Source of the DNA: Smithellaceae bacterium
GTDB taxonomy: Bacteria; Desulfobacterota; Syntrophia; Syntrophales; Smithellaceae
Reading direction: 5' to 3'
Assembly (NCBI GenBank): GCA_028693285.1
Contig: JAQUVQ010000004.1
Location: forward strand, 1,278-65,277
DNA length: 64,000 nucleotides
Below the pieces are notes generated by a model that was not told the origin of the DNA, made no database searches, and worked only from the letters and a program-made list of their open reading frames with translations. Of the stretch, positions 37,817 to 46,546 are shown piece after piece (the stretch's first letter is position 1; every line of letters begins with the position of its first letter). A program made the translations under genes and the position numbers.

Positions 37817-38752
37817 CTATTTCAGGAAGCCCTGAATGATCCGGTTTACGGCCTGATCGTAGGTCAGCCCCAGGCTCATCAGTTTGGTCAGCTGGTCATT
37901 CGCGATCTTGCCGATCGAAGCTTCATGGGTCAATTCCGCGTCGGGATGGCCGGCCTTCAGGGAAGGCATGGTTTCGTTGGTGCCGTTGTCCATGATGATC
38001 GCGTCGCACTCAATGTGACCGTAGCACTGGTTCTGCGCGTCGATGGTCGCGTAAAACGTCTGTTTGGAATTGCCCTTCATCACCGAACGCGAAATCATGT
38101 TGGCCCGGCTTCCCCTGCCCTTCATCACGATATCATTGGTGGACACGGCGGTTTGTTCGCCGTCGGTCAGAACCCTCTCCGTAATGAGCAAAAGGCTGTT
38201 CGGACCCAGGACCGCTTCATTGACACGGTGGGTATCATCCACCCCGCCGATCTGCGTCAATTCCATTTCCGCGCGCGCCCCCTCGGCCAGAAACACCTTG
38301 GTCGTCGGATTCAGCGATCGGCGTCCCGTGCCTTCGCCGGACGCGTAGTGTTTTTCCACGTACGTCACCTTCGCATTTTTCCCGACCTTGAATTCGTGAA
38401 TTCCCGCGTGCCCTTCCGGTTCGGATGAGCCGCAGTGAATCCCGCAGCCGGCAATAATCGTCACTTCCGCGTCGTCGCCGATGACAAAGGCATTCTGCAC
38501 GACGTCATACAGGCCGGCCTGGCTTAAGATCACGGGAATATGGACCGATTCATTTTTCGTTCCCGGTTTGATTTTGACAATAATGCCGGTTTCATCTTCG
38601 TTGGTTTCAATATTGATGTTCGCCGATACATGCCGGTCCAGCAGTTTGCCGTTTTTTCGTATATTGTAGGCGCCTTTCGGCAATTCCTCCAGTTCGGCGA
38701 CGGTTTTCAGCAAGGCTCTATCGATAGCATCCAGCATCACGCTCTCCTTCAC
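37817..38752 (-). CDS. SufB/SufD-family Fe-S cluster assembly scaffold protein
   Basis: C-terminal ...THEASIGKIANDQLTKLMSLGLTYDQAVNRIIQGFL is the SufBD signature. Only 311 aa, shorter than canonical SufB. Confidence 0.85.
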   Translation of the reverse strand: MKESVMLDAIDRALLKTVAELEELPKGAYNIRKNGKLLDRHVSANINIETNEDETGIIVKIKPGTKNESVHIPVILSQAGLYDVVQNAFVIGDDAEVTIIAGCGIHCGSSEPEGHAGIHEFKVGKNAKVTYVEKHYASGEGTGRRSLNPTTKVFLAEGARAEMELTQIGGVDDTHRVNEAVLGPNSLLLITERVLTDGEQTAVSTNDIVMKGRGSRANMISRSVMKGNSKQTFYATIDAQNQCYGHIECDAIIMDNGTNETMPSLKAGHPDAELTHEASIGKIANDQLTKLMSLGLTYDQAVNRIIQGFLK

Positions 38753-39476
38753 AACTGTTCCGGTACGTACACACGCTCAAATCGTCCAGCAGCGGCATGG
38801 CGCCTTCGAGGTCTCCGTCATAAACGATCCTGCCTGAATTAATGATCATCACCACATCCGCCGCCTCCAGGAAGGCTTTGTTGTGGCTGACCACGATGGT
38901 GGTGGTTCGGTTTTCGGCCAGTTCCTTTTTCAGAAGGCTGACCATCGGACCGATAGTCCATAAGTCGATGCCCGTGTCCGGTTCGTCGTAAATCGCCAGT
39001 TTGGGATTTGCGGCAATGGTCGTCGCCAGCTCAATTTTTTTAATTTCCCCCCCGGACAGCCTGGCATCCACTTCCTTGTCCAGAAAAGACAGGGGGCAAA
39101 TGCCCACCCGGCCCAGAATCTCCAGAAGCCTGGGTTCCTCTTCGATGCCGGTGGCAATCGTCAGCAGGTCGCGAAACGTAATGCCTTTAAAGCGGGCGGG
39201 CTGCTGAAAGCTGTAGGCGATGCCTTCTTTGGCCCTTTGGGTAATCGTCAGGGCGGAGATATTCTGTCCGTTGAAAAGAATCTTGCCGCCGGATAACGGG
39301 TTGACGCCCATGATTAACTTGGCCAGCGTGGTCTTGCCGCTGCCGTTCGGGCCGGTGATGACGTAAAACTTCCCGTCTTCAAAAACGTAATCAATCCCGT
39401 CAATGATGTTGCGCGGACCGCCGTCGCTTCCTTCAGTGTCCTGTACGGTGAAATACACTTTCTGTAGTTCCAGCAT
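38718..39476 (-). CDS. SufC-like ABC ATPase
   Basis: GPNGSGKTTLAKLIMG, LSGGEIKKIELA, and IYDEPDTGID. Start MLELQK (ATG 39476) is supported by the promoter immediately upstream. Confidence 0.85.
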   Translation of the reverse strand: MLELQKVYFTVQDTEGSDGGPRNIIDGIDYVFEDGKFYVITGPNGSGKTTLAKLIMGVNPLSGGKILFNGQNISALTITQRAKEGIAYSFQQPARFKGITFRDLLTIATGIEEEPRLLEILGRVGICPLSFLDKEVDARLSGGEIKKIELATTIAANPKLAIYDEPDTGIDLWTIGPMVSLLKKELAENRTTTIVVSHNKAFLEAADVVMIINSGRIVYDGDLEGAMPLLDDLSVCTYRNSCEGERDAGCYR

Positions 39477-39512
39477 CGAATTTGCCTTTTCTCTCAAGAT
39501 TTGTGCGTTATG

Positions 39513-39541
39513 GATATATGTCGCTTTGCGGATTCTGTCAA
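39513..39541 (-). promoter_or_regulatory. candidate sigma70 promoter of sufC-sufB
   Basis: Minus strand reads TTGACA, a 17-nt spacer, then TATATC, about 37 nt upstream of ATG 39476. Confidence 0.5.
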
Positions 39542-39847
39542 TAGACAGCTCATCCTCCGTTTCTTCCCCATCCACTATCCACCGTTTACCGCCTGTTCCG
39601 CTTCCGGCCGCCGCGCTTTTCCTGACGCTCTTTGGCCTTCCGGTGCGCATACGCCGGACCTTCCCCAGCGGCCCGGCACAGATGCGCGCGGCGGTGCACA
39701 TCGCCGAAGCCGGTCACCGCCCCCTTGACCTCCGGCACCGGCGCCTTGACGCCAGGCGACCGGCAGGGCCGGAGCATCATATTTTCATCATGAATCACCT
39801 CTGGAAGCGGCGGATCGTCGGAAAAGAAAGAGATGGAGCGGATACTT

Positions 39848-39880
39848 AAAGAGCAGGGAACTTGCGTCCGCCTGCTCTTT
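39848..39880 (-). terminator. hairpin downstream of the Lys/Ala-rich gene
   Basis: AAAGAGCAGG-13 nt-CCTGCTCTTT, perfect 10-bp stem, 22 nt after the TAA. Only a short T run follows. Confidence 0.45.
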
Positions 39881-39902
39881 AAATGTAGATGACTGATCAA
39901 TA

Positions 39903-40073
39903 TTACTTCTTGGCTGCTTTTTTCACGACCTTCTTTTTCGCTACGGGCTTCTTCGCTGCAACTTTCTTTTTTGCCGCCGGTTTCTTTGCTGCGACCTTCT
40001 TCACGACTTTCTTTTTCGCTGCCGGTTTCTTCGCTGCGGCCTTCTTGACGACTTTCTTTGCTGTTGCTGCCAT
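39903..40073 (-). CDS. histone H1-like Lys/Ala-rich small basic protein (56 aa)
   Basis: Below the track cut-off and antisense to track ORF 39889..40092. AAAGGAGG lies 9 nt upstream of the ATG. MAATAKKVVKKAAAKKPAAKKKVVKKVAAKKPAAKKKVAAKKPVAKKKVVKKAAKK, then TAA. A hairpin lies downstream and an AT-rich promoter region upstream. Confidence 0.7.
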   Translation of the reverse strand: MAATAKKVVKKAAAKKPAAKKKVVKKVAAKKPAAKKKVAAKKPVAKKKVVKKAAKK

Positions 40074-40321
40074 TGGGTTTAGCCTCCTTTAATTGAGTTT
40101 ACTTCATCTTTTCAAAAACCCGTAATCTTACGGATGTGGTGCAATATTACTTTATTTTTTTCTTTCGGTCAACAAAAACTATAAAATATTTTTAATTTTT
40201 TTCTTTTTTTCAAAAAAGAAATTTTTTTGCAATTGAAAAGTCCGTCAAAAGAAATCCGGTCGAAGCACAACGGAATGAATCAATGTAATCCTTTGGCAGC
40301 AAGACTTTCAGAGTTTTCCGA

Positions 40322-41104
40322 TCAGAGATACGTTTTTGCTCCGATGAAGCGCCGGGCATAGTAATCGGAGGCGAGCGAGTCGATGCGGATTTTTTTTCCG
40401 CTGGACGGCGCATGAATAAACCGGCCGGCGCCGATGTAAATCCCCACGTGAGACACTTTTCCACCTCCGCGCGTGTCAAAAAAAACCAGATCGCCTTTCT
40501 GCAGTTCCTGCCGGGCGATCGAATCTCCCGCGTCGAACTGCGTTCGCGAATGGCGCGGCAGATCCAGGCCGTTGAGCTGATAGACCGTCATGGCGAGGCC
40601 GCTGCAGTCAAAGCCGGTGTCCGCGGACACACCACCCCACAGATACGGCACGCCGATAAAATCGTGAGCGGTTTTGACCAGCGACTCGCGCAAATAATCC
40701 GTCCCGTATTGCTTTCGTTTGGCCGCCGGGGAATCTTCCGGCAAAACGATGTAGTATTCTTCGATCACGCCCGCCTGCGCGAGAGACTCCGCGCGGAGCC
40801 GCGCCGGCTCTTTCGTCGAGAAGTTTCCGAATCGCACCTTAAACAGCCCGTCGTCCGCCCTGAAATAGGTGGCAGGGAGTCCCTGGCCTTTGAGCCTTTG
40901 CGTCAGGCGCACGGCATTTTCCACCCGGGCAAACGCGCCCGCCTGAATCGTGTACCCCATCTCGGCGAGCTGACGCTTCTGCGGCCGGTGCGAACCGGGA
41001 TATACTTTTGCTTCGCGGCCCGCGCAGGCCTGAAGGAGCAAGCCCATCATGAAAAGCACCGCCAGCCGCAAGAGGATGGGCTTCATCTTCCCTTTTGCAC
41101 GCAT
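40322..41104 (-). CDS. NlpC/P60 (C40) peptidoglycan hydrolase lipoprotein with SPOR domain
   Basis: Lipobox LLQAC, SPOR-like YTIQAGAFARVENAVRL, and catalytic DCSGL...HVGIY...H. Start is at ATG 41104 or 41086. Confidence 0.85.
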   Translation of the reverse strand: MRAKGKMKPILLRLAVLFMMGLLLQACAGREAKVYPGSHRPQKRQLAEMGYTIQAGAFARVENAVRLTQRLKGQGLPATYFRADDGLFKVRFGNFSTKEPARLRAESLAQAGVIEEYYIVLPEDSPAAKRKQYGTDYLRESLVKTAHDFIGVPYLWGGVSADTGFDCSGLAMTVYQLNGLDLPRHSRTQFDAGDSIARQELQKGDLVFFDTRGGGKVSHVGIYIGAGRFIHAPSSGKKIRIDSLASDYYARRFIGAKTYL

Positions 41105-41111
41105 CGCCGCG

Positions 41112-42461
41112 CTAGAATTTCCATCGTGCCTGAACAAACGCCACCGCCTCTTCTTTTTCATGAATCCTGCTTTCCAGCTGTTCTTCTTCCAGCGCCCGCA
41201 GGATTTCCCCCATTTGTTTTCCCGGGGCAAAACCCATCGCCAGCAGATCATCGCCGGTCAGCAGACGGGGCGGATGCAGATCTTCCGGCTCCGTCTTTTG
41301 CAGCTGCTCCACACAGAACGCATAATGGTCCAGAATTTTGTGGCTGGCCAGGCAATCCAGCCGGTGCAACTGCAGATGCAGGTGAAAATTCGGCATCCGC
41401 AGAAACCGCTTCAAGCGGGCAGGACGCATTTTCTGCACGTTCATGAAAGCCATGTGCTGACGAATCAGGTCCAGAACGGTTTCCCGCAGAGCGCGTGAAA
41501 ACCGCAGGCGGCGCATCACGTCTTCCGCGATGGATACACCCGTCACCGAGTGCCCGTAAAAATGAACGCCTTTTTCATCTTCCGTCCGTGAGACGGGCTT
41601 GCCGACGTCGTGCAAAAGCGCTCCCCAGGCCAGCGCCGCCTCCGCCTCCGGCCGGTTTTCGTTCGACAGAATCTCCATCATGATCAGCGTGTGCCGCCAG
41701 ACATCGCCCTCCGGATGAAAACGCGGCGGTTGCGCCACCCCCCGCGTCCGGTCCACTTCCGGCAGGATGTGCTTCAGCAGACCCGTATCGGCCATTAATT
41801 CCAGACCCCGCCGCGCTCCGCTCCGCGTGAGAATTTTATTCAATTCCTCCTGCACGCGCTCCGCGCTGATCTCCCGGATTTTCGCGGTGTGCCGCACCAT
41901 CGCTTCGTGGACGCCGTCCTCCAGATGAAAATCCAGATGGGCGGCAAAACGGATCGCCCGCAGCATTCTTAAATAATCTTCACTGAAACGAACGGCCGGG
42001 TCGCCGATCGTGCGGATGATTTTTTTTCCGATGTCCTCCCGGCCGCCGACGTAATCGACAATGTCGTTCGTTTCCGGATCCATCAGCAGGCCGTTGATCG
42101 TAAAATCCCGCCTGAGGACGTCTTCCCGGGCCGATGAAAAGCGAACCTGCGTGGGGCGGCGTCCGTCCTCATATGCTTCGTCGCTGCGAAACGTGGCCAC
42201 CTCATAGGAAAATCCGCCCTCGCAAACCACCACCACGCCGAATTTGGCGCCCACGGCGACGGTGCGTTCAAAAAGACGGATCACCTGATCCGGCGGCGCG
42301 GACGTGGCGATGTCATAGTCACCCGGAGAAACCCCGCGAACAAAATCCCGAACGCAGCCGCCCACAAAATAGGCTTCAAACCCCGCCCGCCGCAGGCCTT
42401 CGACGACCAGCTTTGCGCCCAGCCGTTTTTCGATGGAATGATCATCCGCCTTTCGGATCAA
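41112..42461 (-). CDS. cca: CCA-adding tRNA nucleotidyltransferase with HD domain
   Basis: GGCVRD...DYDIAT nucleotidyltransferase motif and HDVGK HD motif. There is no ATG downstream of the thiC stop. TTG 42461 with GAGGAA upstream is proposed, but the start is uncertain. Confidence 0.8.
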   Translation of the reverse strand: MIRKADDHSIEKRLGAKLVVEGLRRAGFEAYFVGGCVRDFVRGVSPGDYDIATSAPPDQVIRLFERTVAVGAKFGVVVVCEGGFSYEVATFRSDEAYEDGRRPTQVRFSSAREDVLRRDFTINGLLMDPETNDIVDYVGGREDIGKKIIRTIGDPAVRFSEDYLRMLRAIRFAAHLDFHLEDGVHEAMVRHTAKIREISAERVQEELNKILTRSGARRGLELMADTGLLKHILPEVDRTRGVAQPPRFHPEGDVWRHTLIMMEILSNENRPEAEAALAWGALLHDVGKPVSRTEDEKGVHFYGHSVTGVSIAEDVMRRLRFSRALRETVLDLIRQHMAFMNVQKMRPARLKRFLRMPNFHLHLQLHRLDCLASHKILDHYAFCVEQLQKTEPEDLHPPRLLTGDDLLAMGFAPGKQMGEILRALEEEQLESRIHEKEEAVAFVQARWKF

Positions 42462-42486
42462 TCTTCTTTCCTCGTGGCGATTGGAT

Positions 42487-43758
42487 TTATTTCTTTCCCA
42501 GCCGGATCGCGCAGAATTCGCCGCACATGGTGCAGCCTTCCTCATTCGCGCTTTTGCTCTTTTCAAGGAGCGCGGACGTTTTGTCCGGGTCAAGGGAGGC
42601 TTCCACCTGCCCCTGCCAGTCAAATTTCCTGCGGCACTCGGACATTTTCCGGTCCCGCTCAAAAGCGCCCGGGATGCCTTTGGCAATGTCGGCAATATGC
42701 GCGGCAATCCGCGCAGCCATCACGCCGTCGCGGACATCGGCCAGCGTGGGCAGACGCAAATGCTCGGCCGGCGTCACGTAGCACAGAAAATCCGCGCCTG
42801 CGGCGCCGGCAATCGCACCGCCGATGGCGGAAGTGATATGGTCGTAGCCGGGCGCAATGTCCGTCGGAAGCGGCCCCAGAACATAAAACGGAGCGCCCTG
42901 ACATAATTTCTTCTGAAGTTTGATGTTGGCTTCCACTTCGGTAATCGGCACATGACCGGGCCCTTCAATCATCACCTGCACACCGGCGGCGCGGGCGCGG
43001 GCGGCCAATTGCCCTAAAATAATTAACTCCATCAGCTGCCCCTGGTCGGTCGCGTCATGGATGGCGCCTGGCCGCAGGCCGTCCCCCAGGCTCAAAACCA
43101 TATCGTAGCGGCGGGCAATGTCCAGAAGCCGGTCATACTCCTCGTACAGCGGATTTTCCCGGTCGTTGCATCGCATCCAGTTGGCCGTCATCGAACCGCC
43201 CCGGCTGACGATGCCCAATACTCTTCCCTGTGCTTCCACGGCAGCCACGCTTTCACGATTGACGCCGCAATGCACGGTGATGAAATCAACGCCATCGCGT
43301 CCGTTCTCTTCGATCACCCCAAACAGATCATCCGGCGTCATTTCTGAAATCGCTTTTTTCTCTTCCAGTGTTTTTACCGCCGCCTGATAAATCGGCACCG
43401 TGCCGATGGCGACGCCGGACTTGGCCATTACGGCCTTGCGAATGTCCGCAAGATTCCCGCCGGTCGAAAGATCCATCACGGCATCCGCCCCCGCCGCGAT
43501 CGCCACGGACAACTTCTCCAGCTCCAGCTTCAAATCCTGATTGTCCCTGGACGTTCCGATATTGGCGTTGACCTTGGTGCGCAGCCCCAGACCGATCGCC
43601 AGCGGCTCTATGGCCGTGTGGTTTATATTGCGGCAGATCACGATGGTGCCATCGACGATGCCCTGTCGGATGGCTTCCGGCGAAACGCCTTCCCGGGCCG
43701 CACTCTGTTTCATTTCCTCGGTGAGAACGCCCTTTCGGGCTTTTTCCAACTGCGTCAT
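42487..43758 (-). CDS. thiC: phosphomethylpyrimidine synthase
   Basis: Full-length ThiC, including the C-terminal [10 protein letters not shown] cluster motif. ATG 43758 overlaps the thiD TGA. Confidence 0.95.
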   Translation of the reverse strand: MTQLEKARKGVLTEEMKQSAAREGVSPEAIRQGIVDGTIVICRNINHTAIEPLAIGLGLRTKVNANIGTSRDNQDLKLELEKLSVAIAAGADAVMDLSTGGNLADIRKAVMAKSGVAIGTVPIYQAAVKTLEEKKAISEMTPDDLFGVIEENGRDGVDFITVHCGVNRESVAAVEAQGRVLGIVSRGGSMTANWMRCNDRENPLYEEYDRLLDIARRYDMVLSLGDGLRPGAIHDATDQGQLMELIILGQLAARARAAGVQVMIEGPGHVPITEVEANIKLQKKLCQGAPFYVLGPLPTDIAPGYDHITSAIGGAIAGAAGADFLCYVTPAEHLRLPTLADVRDGVMAARIAAHIADIAKGIPGAFERDRKMSECRRKFDWQGQVEASLDPDKTSALLEKSKSANEEGCTMCGEFCAIRLGKK

Positions 43759-44579
43759 GACTTCTTCTCCTTTTTTACCCCGAAATCCCCCCACAGATTC
43801 ACCGGACCGTGGCCCCTGCCCAGTGACAGCGAATGCTGAATGGCCCTTTCGGTCATCCTCTTCGCCTGCCGGACGGCCTCCTGCGTCCCGCGCCCCTGCG
43901 CGAGACAGGACGCCAGCACCGAAGCAAAGGTGCAGCCGGTTCCGTGGGTGTTTTTCGTTTGCGTCCATTTTGCCGCAAACATATCATACCGAAGGCCGTC
44001 ATAAAGAATATCCACGCAGCCCCGGGTCTTTCTTCCGGGAAGGTGCCCCCCCTTGACCACCACCCGCTTTACGCCTAAATCCGAAAGGACGGCGGCGGCT
44101 TTTTTCATATCCTCCACGGAACGGATTTTCATGCGCGACAGAAATTCGGCCTCCGGAATATTCGGCGTCAGAACGTCCGCCAGCGGCAGCAGCGTTTTCA
44201 CGAGCGCCCGCCTGGCCCTGTCGGTCATCAAAGAGCGCCCGCCCTTGGCGATCATCACCGGATCGACCACGATATTTTTCAGCCGGTATTGTTTGATCTT
44301 TCCGGCCACCGTCTCCACCGCTTCCGGCGTCATGAGCATTCCGGTTTTGACAGCGTCCGCGCCGATATCCTCCAGCACGGAATCCAGTTGGGCCGCTATC
44401 CATTTGGGCGGAACGGGCAAAACGGACTGCACCCCCCGTGTATTTTGCACGGTCACCGCGGTAACGGCGCACACGGCGTAACCGCCGCAGGCATGAACCG
44501 CTTTCAGGTCCGCCTGAATCCCGGCCCCGCCGCCGGAGTCCGACCCGCCGATGCATAAAATTCGGATGGGCTTTCCCAT
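43755..44579 (-). CDS. thiD: hydroxymethylpyrimidine/phosphomethylpyrimidine kinase
   Basis: [20 protein letters not shown] and the GTGCTFAS motif. Confidence 0.92.
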   Translation of the reverse strand: MGKPIRILCIGGSDSGGGAGIQADLKAVHACGGYAVCAVTAVTVQNTRGVQSVLPVPPKWIAAQLDSVLEDIGADAVKTGMLMTPEAVETVAGKIKQYRLKNIVVDPVMIAKGGRSLMTDRARRALVKTLLPLADVLTPNIPEAEFLSRMKIRSVEDMKKAAAVLSDLGVKRVVVKGGHLPGRKTRGCVDILYDGLRYDMFAAKWTQTKNTHGTGCTFASVLASCLAQGRGTQEAVRQAKRMTERAIQHSLSLGRGHGPVNLWGDFGVKKEKKS

Positions 44580-45251
44580 TCAGTCCGCCTCCGGAAAAAA
44601 ATCTTTTTGCCGGTAGCGAATGACCAGCAGATGACCCGAGCGAAAACGAATGCGGGCGCGCTCTGCGGCAATGATGTTGCTCACGCCGCGCGATTCGGAA
44701 AGTTCAAAGGTTCCTTCCTCGAGCGGATAAGCAAATCCCTCCAGCGTAACGCCTTCCACGCGGGGCGAAAGCGCCAGGAGGGAAACGAGGCAGCCTTTCC
44801 TGTTTTCAAAGACCGCATCATCAACGGGCACAAAAACTTCACAGTATTCATCCAGCAGACAGGCGGCAACACCCGCTTCCTTCGCCCGGACCAGCAAAAA
44901 CAAATTGGCCAGAGCATGGTCGATTCTTCCGCCCAGCGCCCCCCAGATCTGAATCCTTTCGGGCTTCAGACCCAGAGCGTAATCCAGGGCCAGAGCCGTA
45001 TCGGTAAAATCTTTGTCGGCCGGATGCTGAATGATTTTCACACCCCTGCGCACATAATCCGCCAGACGGGAAGATTCAATAGAATCCATATCGCCGACCA
45101 GCACATCCGGTGTAACCCCGGCTGCCGCCAGATGACGGGCGCCGCCGTCACAGCCAATCAACAAATCGCTTCCTGCCTCCGACATTTTCTTCCGGAAAAA
45201 GTCCATGTCGCCAAGACGCCCGCCGCTGATAATGACAATGCACCGATTCAT
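44580..45251 (-). CDS. thiN: thiamine diphosphokinase
   Basis: IVIISGG...GCDGG...GDMDSI motif and the C-terminal TPK B1-binding domain. Its stop abuts the thiD ATG. Confidence 0.85.
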   Translation of the reverse strand: MNRCIVIISGGRLGDMDFFRKKMSEAGSDLLIGCDGGARHLAAAGVTPDVLVGDMDSIESSRLADYVRRGVKIIQHPADKDFTDTALALDYALGLKPERIQIWGALGGRIDHALANLFLLVRAKEAGVAACLLDEYCEVFVPVDDAVFENRKGCLVSLLALSPRVEGVTLEGFAYPLEEGTFELSESRGVSNIIAAERARIRFRSGHLLVIRYRQKDFFPEAD

Positions 45252-45258
45252 GGATTAC

Positions 45259-45301
45259 CAAAAAAAATAAGCCATACCCTGTCACCTGAAAAGGATATGG
45301 C
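45259..45301 (-). terminator. riboswitch expression-platform terminator
   Basis: Minus strand reads GCCATATCC-13 nt-GGGTATGGC followed by TTATTTTTTTT, between the aptamer and the thiN ATG. Confidence 0.6.
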
Positions 45302-45324
45302 TGGAATTGTCTTTAGAATGATTG

Positions 45325-45417
45325 CCACTCCCTACGCCGGCATTACCCGGGTCAGGTTCAAAGGGTATATTCTCAGCCGTTTCTTTTCCGGCCTGAAAAA
45401 GGAGCGGCACCCCGTGG
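45325..45417 (-). promoter_or_regulatory. TPP (THI-box) riboswitch aptamer
   Basis: Minus strand reads CCACGGGGTGCCGC...GGCTGAGAATATACCCTTTGAACCTGACCCGGGTAATGCCGGCGTAGGGAGTGG. It has the conserved GGGGUGC, CUGAGA, ACCC, GAACCUGA, UAAUGCC and GCGUAGGGA blocks, with P1 formed by CCAC/GUGG. Confidence 0.9.
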
Positions 45418-45454
45418 ACGAAAAGTAGTACATTAACCGCCAAAAAGCAACGGA

Positions 45455-45835
45455 TTAAATGGCCGCTTCCGGCTCATCTTCTCCTTCGTAGATGCAGCCG
45501 GATTCAGGGCTTTCCTGAAGAACGATCCTGGACAACTGCGGCAGGACGGGTTTCAGGCGCAGCCAGATCCAGCGGCAGAGATTTTCCGAAGTGGGATTTT
45601 CCAGACCCTCGACGGCGTTCAAATTTTTGTGATCCAGTTGCTCCAGGATAGGCTCAAAAGCGGCGGCAATATCGGCAAAATCCGTCACCCAGCCGCTGTC
45701 TGAACCGGCTTTCCCGCGAAGGTGAATTTCGACGCGGAAAGAATGACCATGCATCTTCGCGCATTTGTGTCCCTCGGGTACGCGGGGAAGCGAGTGCGCC
45801 GCGTCGAAATGAAAAACCTTGAAGATTTCCATCAT
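45455..45835 (-). CDS. queD: 6-carboxy-5,6,7,8-tetrahydropterin synthase
   Basis: FHFDAAHSLP...HGHSF zinc/catalytic motifs. Confidence 0.9.
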   Translation of the reverse strand: MMEIFKVFHFDAAHSLPRVPEGHKCAKMHGHSFRVEIHLRGKAGSDSGWVTDFADIAAAFEPILEQLDHKNLNAVEGLENPTSENLCRWIWLRLKPVLPQLSRIVLQESPESGCIYEGEDEPEAAI

Positions 45836-45837
45836 CG

Positions 45838-46476
45838 TTATCGAACCCCTAAAACTTTGTGCATCTGCAGACTGATTCGCCACCGGGGATGCGCCAGAAC
45901 GTACGCAAGCGAAAGCCTCACGGCTTCTCCACCGTGCGGAGAATCCATCGGCTGCAGGAAAAAATGTTGAAACGCCAGGCGTTCGTACTTTTTCGGCTCG
46001 GCGCCCTCCTGCGGGAAAACCAGCTTCAATTCGTCTCCCGCGGCCTGTTTCAGCGGGGCGTCGGCTTTCGGGCTGACGCAGATCCAGTCCAAACCGGCGG
46101 GCGCGGGAAGAGTGCCGTTGGTTTCCACGGCTATTTCAAAGTTTTCTTTATGCAGGGCGGAAATCAACGCGGCATCCAGCTGCAAAAGCGGCTCCCCGCC
46201 CGTGCAGACCACAAAAGGCCTGGTGAGCTTATTTTTTTTGACCGGCCAGGCCAGGGAGATCTTGTGCGCCAGTTCGGCGGAGGATCGATAGACGCCTCCG
46301 TTGATGCCGTCCGTCCCGACAAAATCGGTGTCGCAGAATTTGCAAATCGACCTGGAACGGTCTTCTTCCCTGCCAGACCAAAGATTGCAGCCGGCAAAAC
46401 GGCAAAAAACCGCCGGACGGCCGGTGTGGTAGCCTTCTCCCTGTATCGAGTAAAAGATTTCCTTAATAGAATACAT
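45838..46476 (-). CDS. queE: 7-carboxy-7-deazaguanine synthase (radical SAM)
   Basis: IFYSIQGEGYHTGRPAVFCRFAGCNLWSG, the QueE-type cluster motif. Start MYSIKE. Confidence 0.9.
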   Translation of the reverse strand: MYSIKEIFYSIQGEGYHTGRPAVFCRFAGCNLWSGREEDRSRSICKFCDTDFVGTDGINGGVYRSSAELAHKISLAWPVKKNKLTRPFVVCTGGEPLLQLDAALISALHKENFEIAVETNGTLPAPAGLDWICVSPKADAPLKQAAGDELKLVFPQEGAEPKKYERLAFQHFFLQPMDSPHGGEAVRLSLAYVLAHPRWRISLQMHKVLGVR

Positions 46477-46485
46477 AAGCGTTTT

Positions 46486-46546
46486 AGGCTGAAGACTGAA
46501 GACCGAAGGCAAAAGCCTTCAAACCTTCAGCCTTCGGTCTTCAATC
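46486..46546. repeat. GAAG-rich REP-like palindromic element (locus A)
   Basis: Perfect 13-bp inverted repeat GAAGACCGAAGGC (46498..46510) / GCCTTCGGTCTTC (46530..46542) around a 19-nt loop that contains the queC stop. It is flanked by further CTGAAG(A/G) units and shares a ~25-nt core with locus B. Confidence 0.6.

Noticed and set aside
39889-40092. 67-aa plus-strand ORF (FFATGFFAATFFF...)
   Set aside because: Phe/Ala homopolymer-like product with no SD. It is the reverse complement of the Lys/Ala-rich gene, which has a strong SD, a TAA stop and a downstream hairpin.
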